Below are positions 18,549-27,748 of a stretch of DNA of 36,637 nucleotides, one piece after another (position 1 is the first letter of the stretch; each line of letters begins with the position of its first letter). The notes below the pieces were generated by a model. The model was not told where the DNA came from and did no database searches. It worked only from the letters and a program-made list of their open reading frames with translations. This DNA is from an uncultured Muribaculaceae bacterium. GTDB lineage: Bacteria; Bacteroidota; Bacteroidia; Bacteroidales; UBA932. The stretch is from NCBI GenBank assembly GCA_964581375.1, contig CAZOOH010000002.1, forward strand, positions 1-36,637, in the 5' to 3' direction. Made by a program: the position numbers and the translations under genes.

Positions 18549-18947
18549 TTAATAGCGGGGTAATTTTTTCATACGACCCTTACTGTCCATCTTTCCAATG
18601 AAGATCATATATTTTTTGAATTGCTCTTCTGTGAGGATTTTTTTGAAAGCCTCTTCGGTTTTTAATTGCCAGCTGTCTCTGACATTAATATAAGCATCAT
18701 TTGATGTTATTCCTCCTTTCTTGAGTTTTTCAAATTCGGCAGATACACCGGTTAGGTTACTCTGTAAAACTGAATCTACCTGAAAAAGTTGTTTGCCGTT
18801 TAGTTTTAACTCTGTTTGTAATTTATCTGCCTGTGTTTCTGCTATTTCAGCTGGAGACTTAGGTTTCTCCTGTTGTTCTTGTTGAGCGGTTAAAGTAATA
18901 AATGAGAGTGTAAATATTGATACAGACAAAAGAAATTTCATATTCAT
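18549..18947 (-). CDS. small secreted protein, Spy/CpxP-like (LTXXQ motif)
   Basis: Has a signal peptide (MKFLLSVSIFTLSFITLTA), a helical K/E/Q-rich mature part and an LTEEQFKKY motif (LTXXQ). The family assignment is tentative. Confidence 0.5.
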   Translation of the reverse strand: MNMKFLLSVSIFTLSFITLTAQQEQQEKPKSPAEIAETQADKLQTELKLNGKQLFQVDSVLQSNLTGVSAEFEKLKKGGITSNDAYINVRDSWQLKTEEAFKKILTEEQFKKYMIFIGKMDSKGRMKKLPRY

Positions 18948-18975
18948 AACTTATATATTTTAACAAATTTAATAC

Positions 18976-18983
18976 TATATTTG
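18976..18983 (+). promoter_or_regulatory. candidate -7 promoter box (TATATTTG)
   Basis: Exact TAnnTTTG match, 38 nt upstream of the ATG at 19021. Confidence 0.4.
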
Positions 18984-19020
18984 CTATTTTATTACTATTG
19001 TATAGACAAATATTAAAATT

Positions 19021-20715
19021 ATGAAGAAAGGATTAATATCTGCTTTATTAATTAGTGTTGTTCTTATTCTGCCTCAAAACAGTAAGAGTTGCACAAATGT
19101 AATAATAACAAAAGGAGCATCAAAGGACGGGTCGGTAATGGTTTCATATTCTGCCGATTCTCATATTCTTTATGGTGAACTCTATTATCATAAAGGAGCA
19201 AAATTTGCTCCCGGCACCATGCTTAATGTTTATGAATGGGACACCGGAAAATATATGGGAAAAATTCCTCAGGCTTTGAAGACCTATACAACGGTCGGTA
19301 ATATGAATGAACATCAGGTAGTTATTACTGAGACAACATACGGAGGCAGGAGTGAGTTGGAAGATACAACCGGAATGATTGATTATGGTTCTCTTATTTA
19401 TATATCGCTTCAAAGAGCAAAAACGGCTAGAGAGGCTATTAATGTAATGACCTCTTTGGTTAAAGATTATGGTTATTTTTCTTCCGGAGAATCTTTCTCA
19501 ATAATTGATAAAGATGAGGCTTGGATTCTTGAAATGATAGGCAAGGGAACAAAGCTTGAAAACGGTAAGAATGTTAATAAAGGCGCTGTTTGGGTTGCAA
19601 TTCGAATACCGGACGGTTATATTTCGGGACACGCTAATCATGCAAGAATTACCCAATTCCCAATGAACGATTCTCAAAATTGTTTATACGCTCCGGATGT
19701 AATCTCTTTTGCAAGAGAGATGGGATATTATAAGGGTGAGGATAAAGATTTCAGTTTTTCTGATGTATATGCACCACTTGACTTTGGTTCGATGAGAGGT
19801 TGTGAGGCAAGAGTATGGAGTGCTTTTAATATTCTCGGTAAAGGATTTATCGGTGAAAACCCAAGTAGTTTTTATTTGGATTACGCAATGGGATATAATG
19901 CAAAAAACAGGATGCCTTTGTATGTTAAACCTAACGGAAAAGTTTCGGTTAAAGATTTGGCAGATGTTATGCGCGACCATTACGAAGGAACACCAATGGA
20001 TATGACTAAAGATCCGGGAGCGGGTGGAAACGTCTTGCCGTACAGATGGCGTCCGATGACATTTAAAGTTGACGGAGTATCATATACGAATGAAAGAGCC
20101 ATCGCTACTCAACAAACAGGATTTTGGATGATTGGTCAGTCTAGGAATTGGCTGCCGGACGAAATTGGAGGTATCTTTTGGTTTGGTGTTGACGATGCCG
20201 CTACATCTGTCCTGACTCCGGTATACTCGTCTTCATTATCGGTCCCTAAGTGTTTTGAAGTTGGTAATGGTAATATGACGACCTATTCTCCGACTTCGGC
20301 ATTCTGGCTTTTCAACAGAATTTCAAACTTTGCATATTTGTTATATGACAGAGTTGCTCCTGTTGCAAGGGCGCAAGCCGATAAATTTGAGAATGAATCA
20401 ATGGCTCAAATTGCAGATATTGATAAATCTGCATTAGCACAATATAAAATATCGCCGCTTAAGGCAAGAGAAGTGGTTACAAAATACTCGATTGCAAGAG
20501 CATCTGAAATGTTTACTAAGTGGAAATCACTTGAAGAGTATCTGCTTGTTAAATTTATGGATGGTAACATTAAGAAGGAGGGTCCGGACGGGAAGTTCCT
20601 GGACAACGGTAACGGAAGAAATATCCCTGCTTCTCCTTCGCAACCGGGGTATTCTGAGAGTTGGAAACGTGAAGTTGTAAAGAGTGCCGGCGAGAAGCTA
20701 AAGGTTATTGAATAG
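19021..20715 (+). CDS. C69 family dipeptidase
   Basis: A signal peptide is followed directly by the Ntn-type nucleophile context SKSCTNVIITKGASKDGSVM. The length of 564 aa is typical of Bacteroidota C69 peptidases. Confidence 0.85.
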   Translation: MKKGLISALLISVVLILPQNSKSCTNVIITKGASKDGSVMVSYSADSHILYGELYYHKGAKFAPGTMLNVYEWDTGKYMGKIPQALKTYTTVGNMNEHQVVITETTYGGRSELEDTTGMIDYGSLIYISLQRAKTAREAINVMTSLVKDYGYFSSGESFSIIDKDEAWILEMIGKGTKLENGKNVNKGAVWVAIRIPDGYISGHANHARITQFPMNDSQNCLYAPDVISFAREMGYYKGEDKDFSFSDVYAPLDFGSMRGCEARVWSAFNILGKGFIGENPSSFYLDYAMGYNAKNRMPLYVKPNGKVSVKDLADVMRDHYEGTPMDMTKDPGAGGNVLPYRWRPMTFKVDGVSYTNERAIATQQTGFWMIGQSRNWLPDEIGGIFWFGVDDAATSVLTPVYSSSLSVPKCFEVGNGNMTTYSPTSAFWLFNRISNFAYLLYDRVAPVARAQADKFENESMAQIADIDKSALAQYKISPLKAREVVTKYSIARASEMFTKWKSLEEYLLVKFMDGNIKKEGPDGKFLDNGNGRNIPASPSQPGYSESWKREVVKSAGEKLKVIE

Positions 20716-20753
20716 AGGTTAAGAAAACGGTTAAGCAATAAAATAAACATTAA

Positions 20754-22898
20754 ATGAAAAAACTAGTATCACTACTATCGTTAAGTCTATTAACGATTTC
20801 TGCTCTTTTTGGGCAGATGACTGAACAGCCTGTAAAATGGCAAAGTAAACTTGTTGAAAAAGGCGGTAATCTTTATGAGGTTCAGATTATCGGGCAAATC
20901 GACAACAAAGAGTGGCATATTTACGATTTGGGCCCTTATGTTGATGGCCCTATTCCTACGTCTGTCAAAATTGAACACTCCGGAAATGTGAAATTGTCAG
21001 GGAAAAATTATCTGCTCACACCTGTTCATAAGGCATTTGACGACATTTTCCAAATGGAAATCGGTACCATGAACGGTAAATTTATAATTGCTCAAAAGGT
21101 AGAGCTAACGAAAAATACAAAGAGCAAGATAACGGCAATTGTCGAGTGGCAGGCATGTAATGATCAAAATTGTTTGCCTCCAACTGAAGAGGAGCTTGTA
21201 ATAGATCTCCCTGCCGGGAATATAACCGCGGAACAGTCAAAACCTGCTGCAGCAGCAGTTGCACCGGCAGCAGCCAAGGAAGCAACTAAAGAGAGTGTTA
21301 ACAACATTCCGGCAGATGTTGCTACAGACACCATTCCAATTGTGGATGATTCTTCGGCTGTGGCACAAAAAGACACACTGACTGCAGTCGTTCCTGTAGA
21401 ACCTTTAGGAGAAAAAGCTGGTTCGATCTGGTCTATTATCTTAGAGGCAATTATATGGGGTTTTGTAGCGCTATTAACTCCATGCGTTTTTCCGATGGTA
21501 CCTATGACTGTCTCTTTCTTCCTTAAAAGCAGTCAGGGCAATCAGAGTAAAAGCAAGGGGAGAGCTATGGCGACTATGTATGGAGTATCTATTGTTGCTC
21601 TTTACACCATTCCAATTGCAATCATCATAGGGATAACATATTTTGCCGGAGGTGCATCTGTTACGGCAGATATCTTTAACTGGCTTGCAACTCATTGGTT
21701 ACCAAACGTAATTTTCTTCCTGATTTTTATGGTTTTTGCGGCTTCCTTCTTTGGTGCATTTGAGATTACTCTTCCGAGCTGGATGGTAAACAAGTCCGAT
21801 TCTAAATCAGATAAGGGTGGATTTGTAGGTGTTTTCTTCATGGCTCTAACATTGGTTCTTGTCTCTTTTTCTTGCACCGGCCCGATTGTTGGAACTGTTT
21901 TAATAAAGTCTACTCAAGGAGAGATATGGCAGCCGATTGTGACTATGCTTGCCTTCTCGGCAGCTTTTGCCCTTCCTTTTACAATTTTCGCTTTTGCTCC
22001 CTCTTTGTTGAAGGATCTGCCAAAATCGGGAGGATGGTTAAATAATGTTAAAGTTGTATTAGGATTTATTGAGGTTGCGTTAGGATTCAAATTTTTAAGC
22101 GTAGCCGATCAGACATATCACTGGGGACTATTAGACAGAGAGGTTTATCTGGCTATTTGGATTGTGGTTTTTGCACTATTGGGATTCTATCTTTTGGGTA
22201 AGCTGCGCTTTGCTCATGATGACGAGCCGGGGCCTATTTCAGTAAAGAAACTTGCAATGTCAATCGTTGTTTTCAGCTTTGTTGTTTATATGATTCCCGG
22301 AATGTGGGGAGCTCCTCTTAAAGCGCTTTCCGGATATCTGCCGCCGATGAGCACTATGGACTTTACCTTACAGGGAGGTGGAAATACAGGCGACAAATTA
22401 ATTTCCGAAAATGGAGGAGAGGCCTCAGGATCGTTAGGTGTTAAACCTAAATACAGTGATTTCCTGCATCTGCCTCACGGATTGGAGGGGTTCTTCGAAT
22501 ATAACGAAGCAGTTGCTTATGCAAAAAGTGTCGGCAAACCGCTTTTTGTCGATTTTACCGGACATGGATGTGTAAATTGTCGCGAGATGGAAGCACGAGT
22601 ATGGTCGGACCCTCAGGTTCTAAAGTTGTTCAGAGAAAATTTTGTTATGCTTGCACTTTATGCCGACGATAAGAAAGAGGCCGATGAGAAGGATTGGATT
22701 ACAACCGACAAAGGACGTGTTTTAAAATCAATAGGAAAAATTAACTCATATTTAGCTATGACTAAATATAATGTTAACGCACAACCTTTCTACGCAATAA
22801 TTGACCCTAATACCGAGAAATATATCACTCAGCCTATGGGTTACAACTTAAATGTTGACGAATTTATCAAGTTTTTAAAGAGCGGAATAAAAAAATAA
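20754..22898 (+). CDS. DsbD-family protein-disulfide reductase (three-domain)
   Basis: N-terminal DsbD-alpha-like domain with ACNDQNC. The TM core has CVFPMVP and FSCTGPIVG cysteines. The C-terminal thioredoxin-like domain carries GHGCVNCR. Confidence 0.88.
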   Translation: MKKLVSLLSLSLLTISALFGQMTEQPVKWQSKLVEKGGNLYEVQIIGQIDNKEWHIYDLGPYVDGPIPTSVKIEHSGNVKLSGKNYLLTPVHKAFDDIFQMEIGTMNGKFIIAQKVELTKNTKSKITAIVEWQACNDQNCLPPTEEELVIDLPAGNITAEQSKPAAAAVAPAAAKEATKESVNNIPADVATDTIPIVDDSSAVAQKDTLTAVVPVEPLGEKAGSIWSIILEAIIWGFVALLTPCVFPMVPMTVSFFLKSSQGNQSKSKGRAMATMYGVSIVALYTIPIAIIIGITYFAGGASVTADIFNWLATHWLPNVIFFLIFMVFAASFFGAFEITLPSWMVNKSDSKSDKGGFVGVFFMALTLVLVSFSCTGPIVGTVLIKSTQGEIWQPIVTMLAFSAAFALPFTIFAFAPSLLKDLPKSGGWLNNVKVVLGFIEVALGFKFLSVADQTYHWGLLDREVYLAIWIVVFALLGFYLLGKLRFAHDDEPGPISVKKLAMSIVVFSFVVYMIPGMWGAPLKALSGYLPPMSTMDFTLQGGGNTGDKLISENGGEASGSLGVKPKYSDFLHLPHGLEGFFEYNEAVAYAKSVGKPLFVDFTGHGCVNCREMEARVWSDPQVLKLFRENFVMLALYADDKKEADEKDWITTDKGRVLKSIGKINSYLAMTKYNVNAQPFYAIIDPNTEKYITQPMGYNLNVDEFIKFLKSGIKK

Positions 22899-22899
22899 T

Positions 22900-22907
22900 T
22901 ACATTTG
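22900..22907 (+). promoter_or_regulatory. candidate -7 promoter box (TACATTTG) for the his leader transcript
   Basis: Exact TAnnTTTG match, 18 nt upstream of the leader ATG. There is no clear -33 TTTG element. Confidence 0.45.
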
Positions 22908-22925
22908 CCCCCGATAAGAGAAGAC

Positions 22926-23006
22926 ATGAATACATTTTTTAACACAAACGCTATCCATCATCATCACCTCCAATTACTTGGCAGGCCGATGACTCATTTG
23001 TGTTAA
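22926..23006 (+). CDS. hisL: his operon leader peptide (26 aa, MNTFFNTNAIHHHHLQLLGRPMTHLC)
   Basis: My own translation gives an ATG-initiated 26-codon ORF with CAT CAT CAT CAC at codons 11-14. It lies 75 nt upstream of hisG and is followed by antiterminator and terminator helices. It was too short for the ORF track. Confidence 0.7.
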   Translation: MNTFFNTNAIHHHHLQLLGRPMTHLC

Positions 23007-23028
23007 AAGAACAACAGATATACATTTC

Positions 23029-23061
23029 AAGGGCTTGCCAAACGGTGAGCCCTTTTTTTTT
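23029..23061 (+). terminator. rho-independent terminator (his attenuator)
   Basis: The stem pairs 23029-23039 with 23044-23054 (AAGGGCTTGCC/GGTGAGCCCTT, 11 bp including 2 G-U) around an AAAC loop. It ends in a T9 run at 23053-23061. It lies 20 nt before the hisG ATG. Confidence 0.8.
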
Positions 23062-23080
23062 GAAAAATTTTAAAAATATT

Positions 23081-23932
23081 ATGATAAGATTAGCAATTCA
23101 GGCTAAAGGCCGATTAAACGAAGAGAGCGTGGAAATGCTTGCGGAAGCAGGTATCTCGGTAGAACAGAGTAAAAGAAAATTACTTTCAAAAAGTGATGAT
23201 TTCCCTTTGGAAATTTTGTACTTGAGAGATGATGATATTCCTCAGGCTGTAGCAATGGGTGTTGCAGATATAGGCATTGTAGGGTTGAATGAGGTTGAAG
23301 AGAATGATCTGCAAGTATTTGTAGAGCATAAACTTGGATTTGGAAAATGTCGTCTGTCGCTTGCAATCCCAAAAAATGTAGAGTATACCGGGTTGGAATA
23401 TTTTAAAGATAAAAGAATTGCAACTTCATATCCGGTTATCCTGAATAAATTCTTCAAAAAAATCGGAATTGTACCCGAAATACATAAAATTGCCGGTTCT
23501 GTTGAAATAGCTCCAACTGTAGGTATGGCAGATGCTATCTTCGACATTGTAAGTTCAGGAGGGACTCTTATTTCTAATGGTCTGAAGGAGGTTGAAAAGG
23601 TAATTTATTCCGAAGCTGTGCTTATAGCAAATCCAAGCCTTGATGATGAGAAAAAACTGCTGTTGAAACAACTTATAACAAGATTCGAGGCTGTCGAAAG
23701 AAGCAAAGGGAAAAAATATATTTTGATGAATATTCCCAAAGAGAAACTTGACGAAGCGATTGGAATTCTGCCCGGAGTAAAGAGTCCTACAATCTTACCT
23801 TTGGCAAACAGCGGGTGGTGTTCTTTACACGCAGTTATTTCCGAAAAAGATCTTTGGACAAAAATTGAACAGTTAAAAGCTGTAGGAGCGGAAGACATTC
23901 TCATCCTGAGCCTTGAAAAAATGATTCCTTAA
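23081..23932 (+). CDS. hisG: ATP phosphoribosyltransferase (long form)
   Basis: MIRLAIQAKGRLNEES N-terminus, 284 aa, with a C-terminal regulatory domain. The track GTG start at 23000 would run through the leader stop and the terminator, so I rejected it. Confidence 0.92.
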   Translation: MIRLAIQAKGRLNEESVEMLAEAGISVEQSKRKLLSKSDDFPLEILYLRDDDIPQAVAMGVADIGIVGLNEVEENDLQVFVEHKLGFGKCRLSLAIPKNVEYTGLEYFKDKRIATSYPVILNKFFKKIGIVPEIHKIAGSVEIAPTVGMADAIFDIVSSGGTLISNGLKEVEKVIYSEAVLIANPSLDDEKKLLLKQLITRFEAVERSKGKKYILMNIPKEKLDEAIGILPGVKSPTILPLANSGWCSLHAVISEKDLWTKIEQLKAVGAEDILILSLEKMIP

Positions 23933-23951
23933 AATTTTAAAATAAATAATA

Positions 23952-25235
23952 ATGATAAAAGAGATTTATTATCCGTCACAGGATATTTGGGAGGAATTAA
24001 TTGCCCGCCCTTCAATTGATTCGACATTGCTTGAGAAGAGCGTGGAAGAGATTATCAGAGCAGTAAAAAATGGAGGAGATGCAACACTGCTGTCATTTAC
24101 CGAGATAATTGACGGAGTAAAACTTGACTCACCTTATGTTTGCGAAAATGAGTTTGATAATATTGAGAATGAGATATCGCAAAAGTTGAAAAAAGCGATA
24201 GAGATTTCAAAAATAAATATTGAAAAATTTCATTCTGCTCAAATCAGAGAGAGTATTACAATTGAAACAATGCCCGGAATAAAATGCTCTCAAAAGGCAT
24301 ATCCTTTAAAAAGGGTTGGACTCTATATTCCGGGAGGAAGTGCTCCCTTGTTTTCGACACTGTTAATGTTGGCAATTCCTGCAAAAATTGCAGGCTGTAA
24401 GGAGATTGTTATTTGTACTCCCCCTAACAAAAACGGGTCAGTAGCTCCTGCAATACTATATATAGCAAAACTATTGGGTATTAAAGATATACTTAAAGCA
24501 GGAGGTGCTCAGGCAATTGCTGCATTAGCTTTTGGAACGGAGTCAATAAAGAGAGTCGACAAAATATTTGGTCCCGGTAATCAATTTGTAAGTGAGGCAA
24601 AAGTTCAGGTTAGCAAATTTGTTTCAATAGATATGATGGCAGGTCCTTCCGAAGTTGTTGTAATAGCCGACGAAAGTGCAAATCCGGCTTTTATTGCTTC
24701 GGATCTTCTTGCCCAGGCTGAACACGGGCCCGATTCTCAGGTGCTTTTACTTACAGATTCTCAGAATGTTGCTAAAAAGACAATAGATGAGATAAATATC
24801 CAAATAAAAAAATTATCAAGATCAAATATTGCAGAAAAATCTCTTTCTAACAGTAGGGTAATTGTTTTTAATTCAATTGATGATGCAGTAGATTTCTCAA
24901 ATCTTTACGCTCCGGAACACCTTATAGTATCTACATTGCAACCATGGGAAACGGCAGAAAGAGTAGAAGTTGCCGGAAGTGTATTTATCGGAGCATATTC
25001 TCCCGAAAGTGTAGGGGATTATGCCTCCGGTACTAATCATACACTGCCTACATCAGGATGGGCAAGATCCGTTTCAGGAGTGGGATTGGATAGCTTTATG
25101 CATAAGATAACTTTTCAGGAACTTTCTAAAGAGGGGTTGAAAAATATTGCAGATGCAGTAGAGACTATGGCATCTGCCGAAGGTTTGGATGCACACAAAA
25201 ACTCGGTAACAATAAGAATGAATTCAAATAATTAA
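23952..25235 (+). CDS. hisD: histidinol dehydrogenase
   Basis: Motifs MMAGPSEVVVIAD, QAEHGPDSQ and GDYASGTNHTLPT are present. The protein is 427 aa. Confidence 0.95.
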   Translation: MIKEIYYPSQDIWEELIARPSIDSTLLEKSVEEIIRAVKNGGDATLLSFTEIIDGVKLDSPYVCENEFDNIENEISQKLKKAIEISKINIEKFHSAQIRESITIETMPGIKCSQKAYPLKRVGLYIPGGSAPLFSTLLMLAIPAKIAGCKEIVICTPPNKNGSVAPAILYIAKLLGIKDILKAGGAQAIAALAFGTESIKRVDKIFGPGNQFVSEAKVQVSKFVSIDMMAGPSEVVVIADESANPAFIASDLLAQAEHGPDSQVLLLTDSQNVAKKTIDEINIQIKKLSRSNIAEKSLSNSRVIVFNSIDDAVDFSNLYAPEHLIVSTLQPWETAERVEVAGSVFIGAYSPESVGDYASGTNHTLPTSGWARSVSGVGLDSFMHKITFQELSKEGLKNIADAVETMASAEGLDAHKNSVTIRMNSNN

Positions 25236-25240
25236 TAAGA

Positions 25241-26284
25241 GTGACCGTGAAAGATAAATTAAATATACAAAATTTAGTGAGAGAGAATATTAAGGCCCTC
25301 TCTCCATACTCTACCGCAAGAGATGAAGCGGGAGAGTCGTTTGAAATTTATTTGGATGCTAACGAGAATCCTTTTAATAACGGATATAACAGATATCCCG
25401 ATCCTCGGCAGAAAGAGTTAAAGAGTCTTATTTCTCAAATAAAAAGAGTCCCATTCGACAATATTTTTCTGGGAAACGGAAGCGATGAGGCGATTGATAT
25501 ATTGTACAGGGTTTTTTGTAACCCCGGGGCAGATAATGTTGTTTCAATAGCTCCCACTTACGGGATGTACAAGGTGGCAGCTTCTATAAATAATGTAGAA
25601 TATAGAGAGGTACAGTTGAATAACGATTTCTCATTAAATGTTGAAGATATTTTGTCAAAAGTTGACACAAATACGAAACTGTTATTTTTGTGTTCTCCTA
25701 ATAACCCTACAGGAAACAGGTTTGTGACTAAGGATATTTTAACTGTTTTAGAGAGCATTTCCGGAATTGTTGTTATCGATGAAGCTTATATAGATTTTGC
25801 AGTAGAGGGTTCTCTTGTTTCATATATTGATAAGTACGAAAATCTTGTAATTCTTCAGACTTTATCGAAGGCTTACGGTCTGGCCGGATTAAGAATCGGA
25901 ATAGCTTTCGGCAATAGTCATATAATAGATTATTTTAATAAAGTAAAGTATCCGTATAATATAAATGTTGAAAGTCAAAGGATTGCAATTGATGTCTTGA
26001 CAAAAGGAGTTAAAGATGAAATTGACGAAATCGTTGTTCAGAGAGCAATTTTGGCTCAGGTATTGGAAACCTTTTCTATTGTAAAAAAAGTATGGAAAAG
26101 TGAGGCAAATTTTCTGCTTGTTAAGTTTGATGACCCCGACGCAATTTATAAAACACTAATCGAGAAAGGTGTTGTAGTGAGAAACCGCTCTATGGTTACG
26201 GGATGTGAGGGTTGTCTTAGGATAACTGTGGGAACACCTGATGAAAACTCTGTTGTTATGAAAATTTTAAAAGAGTTAAAATGA
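25241..26284 (+). CDS. hisC: histidinol-phosphate aminotransferase
   Basis: PLP-lysine context LSKAYGLAGLRIG, plus NPNNPTG-like SPNNPTGN. The start is non-ATG (GTG at 25241 or 25247). Confidence 0.92.
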   Translation: MTVKDKLNIQNLVRENIKALSPYSTARDEAGESFEIYLDANENPFNNGYNRYPDPRQKELKSLISQIKRVPFDNIFLGNGSDEAIDILYRVFCNPGADNVVSIAPTYGMYKVAASINNVEYREVQLNNDFSLNVEDILSKVDTNTKLLFLCSPNNPTGNRFVTKDILTVLESISGIVVIDEAYIDFAVEGSLVSYIDKYENLVILQTLSKAYGLAGLRIGIAFGNSHIIDYFNKVKYPYNINVESQRIAIDVLTKGVKDEIDEIVVQRAILAQVLETFSIVKKVWKSEANFLLVKFDDPDAIYKTLIEKGVVVRNRSMVTGCEGCLRITVGTPDENSVVMKILKELK

Positions 26285-26285
26285 T

Positions 26286-27134
26286 ATGAAAAAGAGTGTT
26301 TGTGCTATTTATTTTCCGGGAATGATCTCTTTTTTGAAAATGCTTCCCGATTCCGAGTTTGAACTTTTTATGACAGATCGTCTTAATGAAAGAGTTGATA
26401 AAAGTGTGGTGAGTGTAATAGAGGGAGAGGGTATTAAATGGGTGAGCAGAGAAAGGGTTGAGGGTTCCTTCTTTGATTTTTTCATTGACGATAAATTGGT
26501 AGATTATAATGACAGCAATGCTATAATAGATCTTTTAACTTCTATAAGATTTGGTGAGAGAGCAGTTGAAATGAGCAGAGTTACCAATGAGACGAATATT
26601 TCAATTAAACTTAATCTGGATAGTAGGGAGAGTTATGTTGTTGATACAGGATTGGGATTCTTCAATCATATGCTGGCTCAATTATCGCAACATGGTGGTT
26701 TCTTCCTGGAAATTAAGGCTAAGGGCGATTTGAATGTGGATGAACATCATACTATTGAAGATGTGGGGATTTTGTTAGGGGAGGCGTTCTTTAAAGCATT
26801 AGGATCTAAAATGGGTATCTACCGATATGGTTTTACTCTCCCGATGGATGAGTGCAAGGCTGAGGCTATTATTGATTTTGGGGGCAGAAGTGAATTGGTA
26901 TGGAATGTTGCATTTAAAAGAGAGATGATAGGTGATATGCCTACCGAAATGTTTAAACACTTTTTCAAATCATTTGCAAATTCTGCCAAATGTACATTAC
27001 ATATATCTGCCGAAGGAGAAAACGAGCATCATAAAATTGAGGGAGTGTTTAAGGCTGTTGCCAGAGCAATTAAATCGGCGGTAAAAAGAGAACTATCGGA
27101 ATATCAACTACCTACAACAAAAGGAATACTATGA
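26286..27134 (+). CDS. hisB: imidazoleglycerol-phosphate dehydratase with degenerate N-terminal HAD-phosphatase remnant
   Basis: The IGPD domain begins at about aa 92 (RAVEMSRVTNET..., KGDLNVDEHHTIEDVG, GENEHHKIEGVFKAV). The first ~91 aa align to the middle of the HisB HAD domain but lack the DxDGT, TNQDG and GDRxTD motifs. Confidence 0.9.
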   Translation: MKKSVCAIYFPGMISFLKMLPDSEFELFMTDRLNERVDKSVVSVIEGEGIKWVSRERVEGSFFDFFIDDKLVDYNDSNAIIDLLTSIRFGERAVEMSRVTNETNISIKLNLDSRESYVVDTGLGFFNHMLAQLSQHGGFFLEIKAKGDLNVDEHHTIEDVGILLGEAFFKALGSKMGIYRYGFTLPMDECKAEAIIDFGGRSELVWNVAFKREMIGDMPTEMFKHFFKSFANSAKCTLHISAEGENEHHKIEGVFKAVARAIKSAVKRELSEYQLPTTKGIL

Positions 27135-27748
27135 CAGTAATTATTGATTATGATACTGGCAATCTTTGCTCTTTGGGTAATGCAATTGCCCGACTTGGAG
27201 AGGAGTATGTTATATCTTCAGATCCATTTGTAATAAGAAGTGCTGGAAGGGTTATTCTTCCCGGGGTCGGTGAGGCTTCAACTGCAATGTTAAAATTAAA
27301 GGAACGTTCTCTTGATAGTATAATAAAGGATCTTAATGTTCCTGTACTGGGAATTTGTATTGGTTTGCAGCTTATGTGTTCTTACAGCGAGGAGGGAAAC
27401 ACTCTTTGTATGGGTATATTTCCGAACAGGGTATTAAGGCTTCGCGCTAAAAGTTATGTGGAATCAAACGGCGAAATTTTTAAGATTCCTCATATGGGTT
27501 GGAATAAAGTTGAGAATCTCTATTCAAATTTGTTTGAGGGAATTATTGATGGCGATTACCAATATTTTGTGCACTCTTATGCACCTGAAATTCTTACAAA
27601 CACAAATGTGAAAACTATTGCGCAAACCAATTATGGAGAGGGTTTTTCGGCTGCATTAAATATAAATAATTTTTATGGGACACAGTTTCATCCCGAGAAG
27701 AGCGGGACTAAAGGTGAACTTATATTAAAAAACTTTTTAAATCTATGA
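27131..27748 (+). CDS. hisH: imidazole glycerol phosphate synthase, glutamine amidotransferase subunit
   Basis: Motifs LGICIGLQLM (catalytic Cys), FVHSY and QFHPEKS are present. The start overlaps hisB as ATGA. Confidence 0.95.
   Translation: MTVIIDYDTGNLCSLGNAIARLGEEYVISSDPFVIRSAGRVILPGVGEASTAMLKLKERSLDSIIKDLNVPVLGICIGLQLMCSYSEEGNTLCMGIFPNRVLRLRAKSYVESNGEIFKIPHMGWNKVENLYSNLFEGIIDGDYQYFVHSYAPEILTNTNVKTIAQTNYGEGFSAALNINNFYGTQFHPEKSGTKGELILKNFLNL

Noticed and set aside
21230-21300. A locally GC-rich, Ala-rich tract (PAAAAVAPAAAKEATKE) that looked like a possible insertion or repeat.
   Set aside because: It is in frame within the DsbD-like gene, exactly between the N-terminal alpha domain and the TM core, and behaves as a flexible linker. 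It has no flanking repeats.
23000-23080. The ORF track extends hisG upstream to a GTG at 23000 (MLKEQQIYISRACQTVSPFFLKNFKNI...).
   Set aside because: The extension overlaps the leader-peptide stop and reads straight through the terminator hairpin and T9 run (encoding PFFL). The canonical HisG N-terminus MIRLAIQAKGRL starts at the ATG at 23081.
25283-25311. Inverted repeat GAGAGAG...CTCTCTC at the 5' end of hisC.
   Set aside because: It is a 7-bp purine/pyrimidine-tract stem inside coding sequence with a 14-nt loop. It is explained by the encoded RENIKALSP, and nothing indicates a regulatory role.
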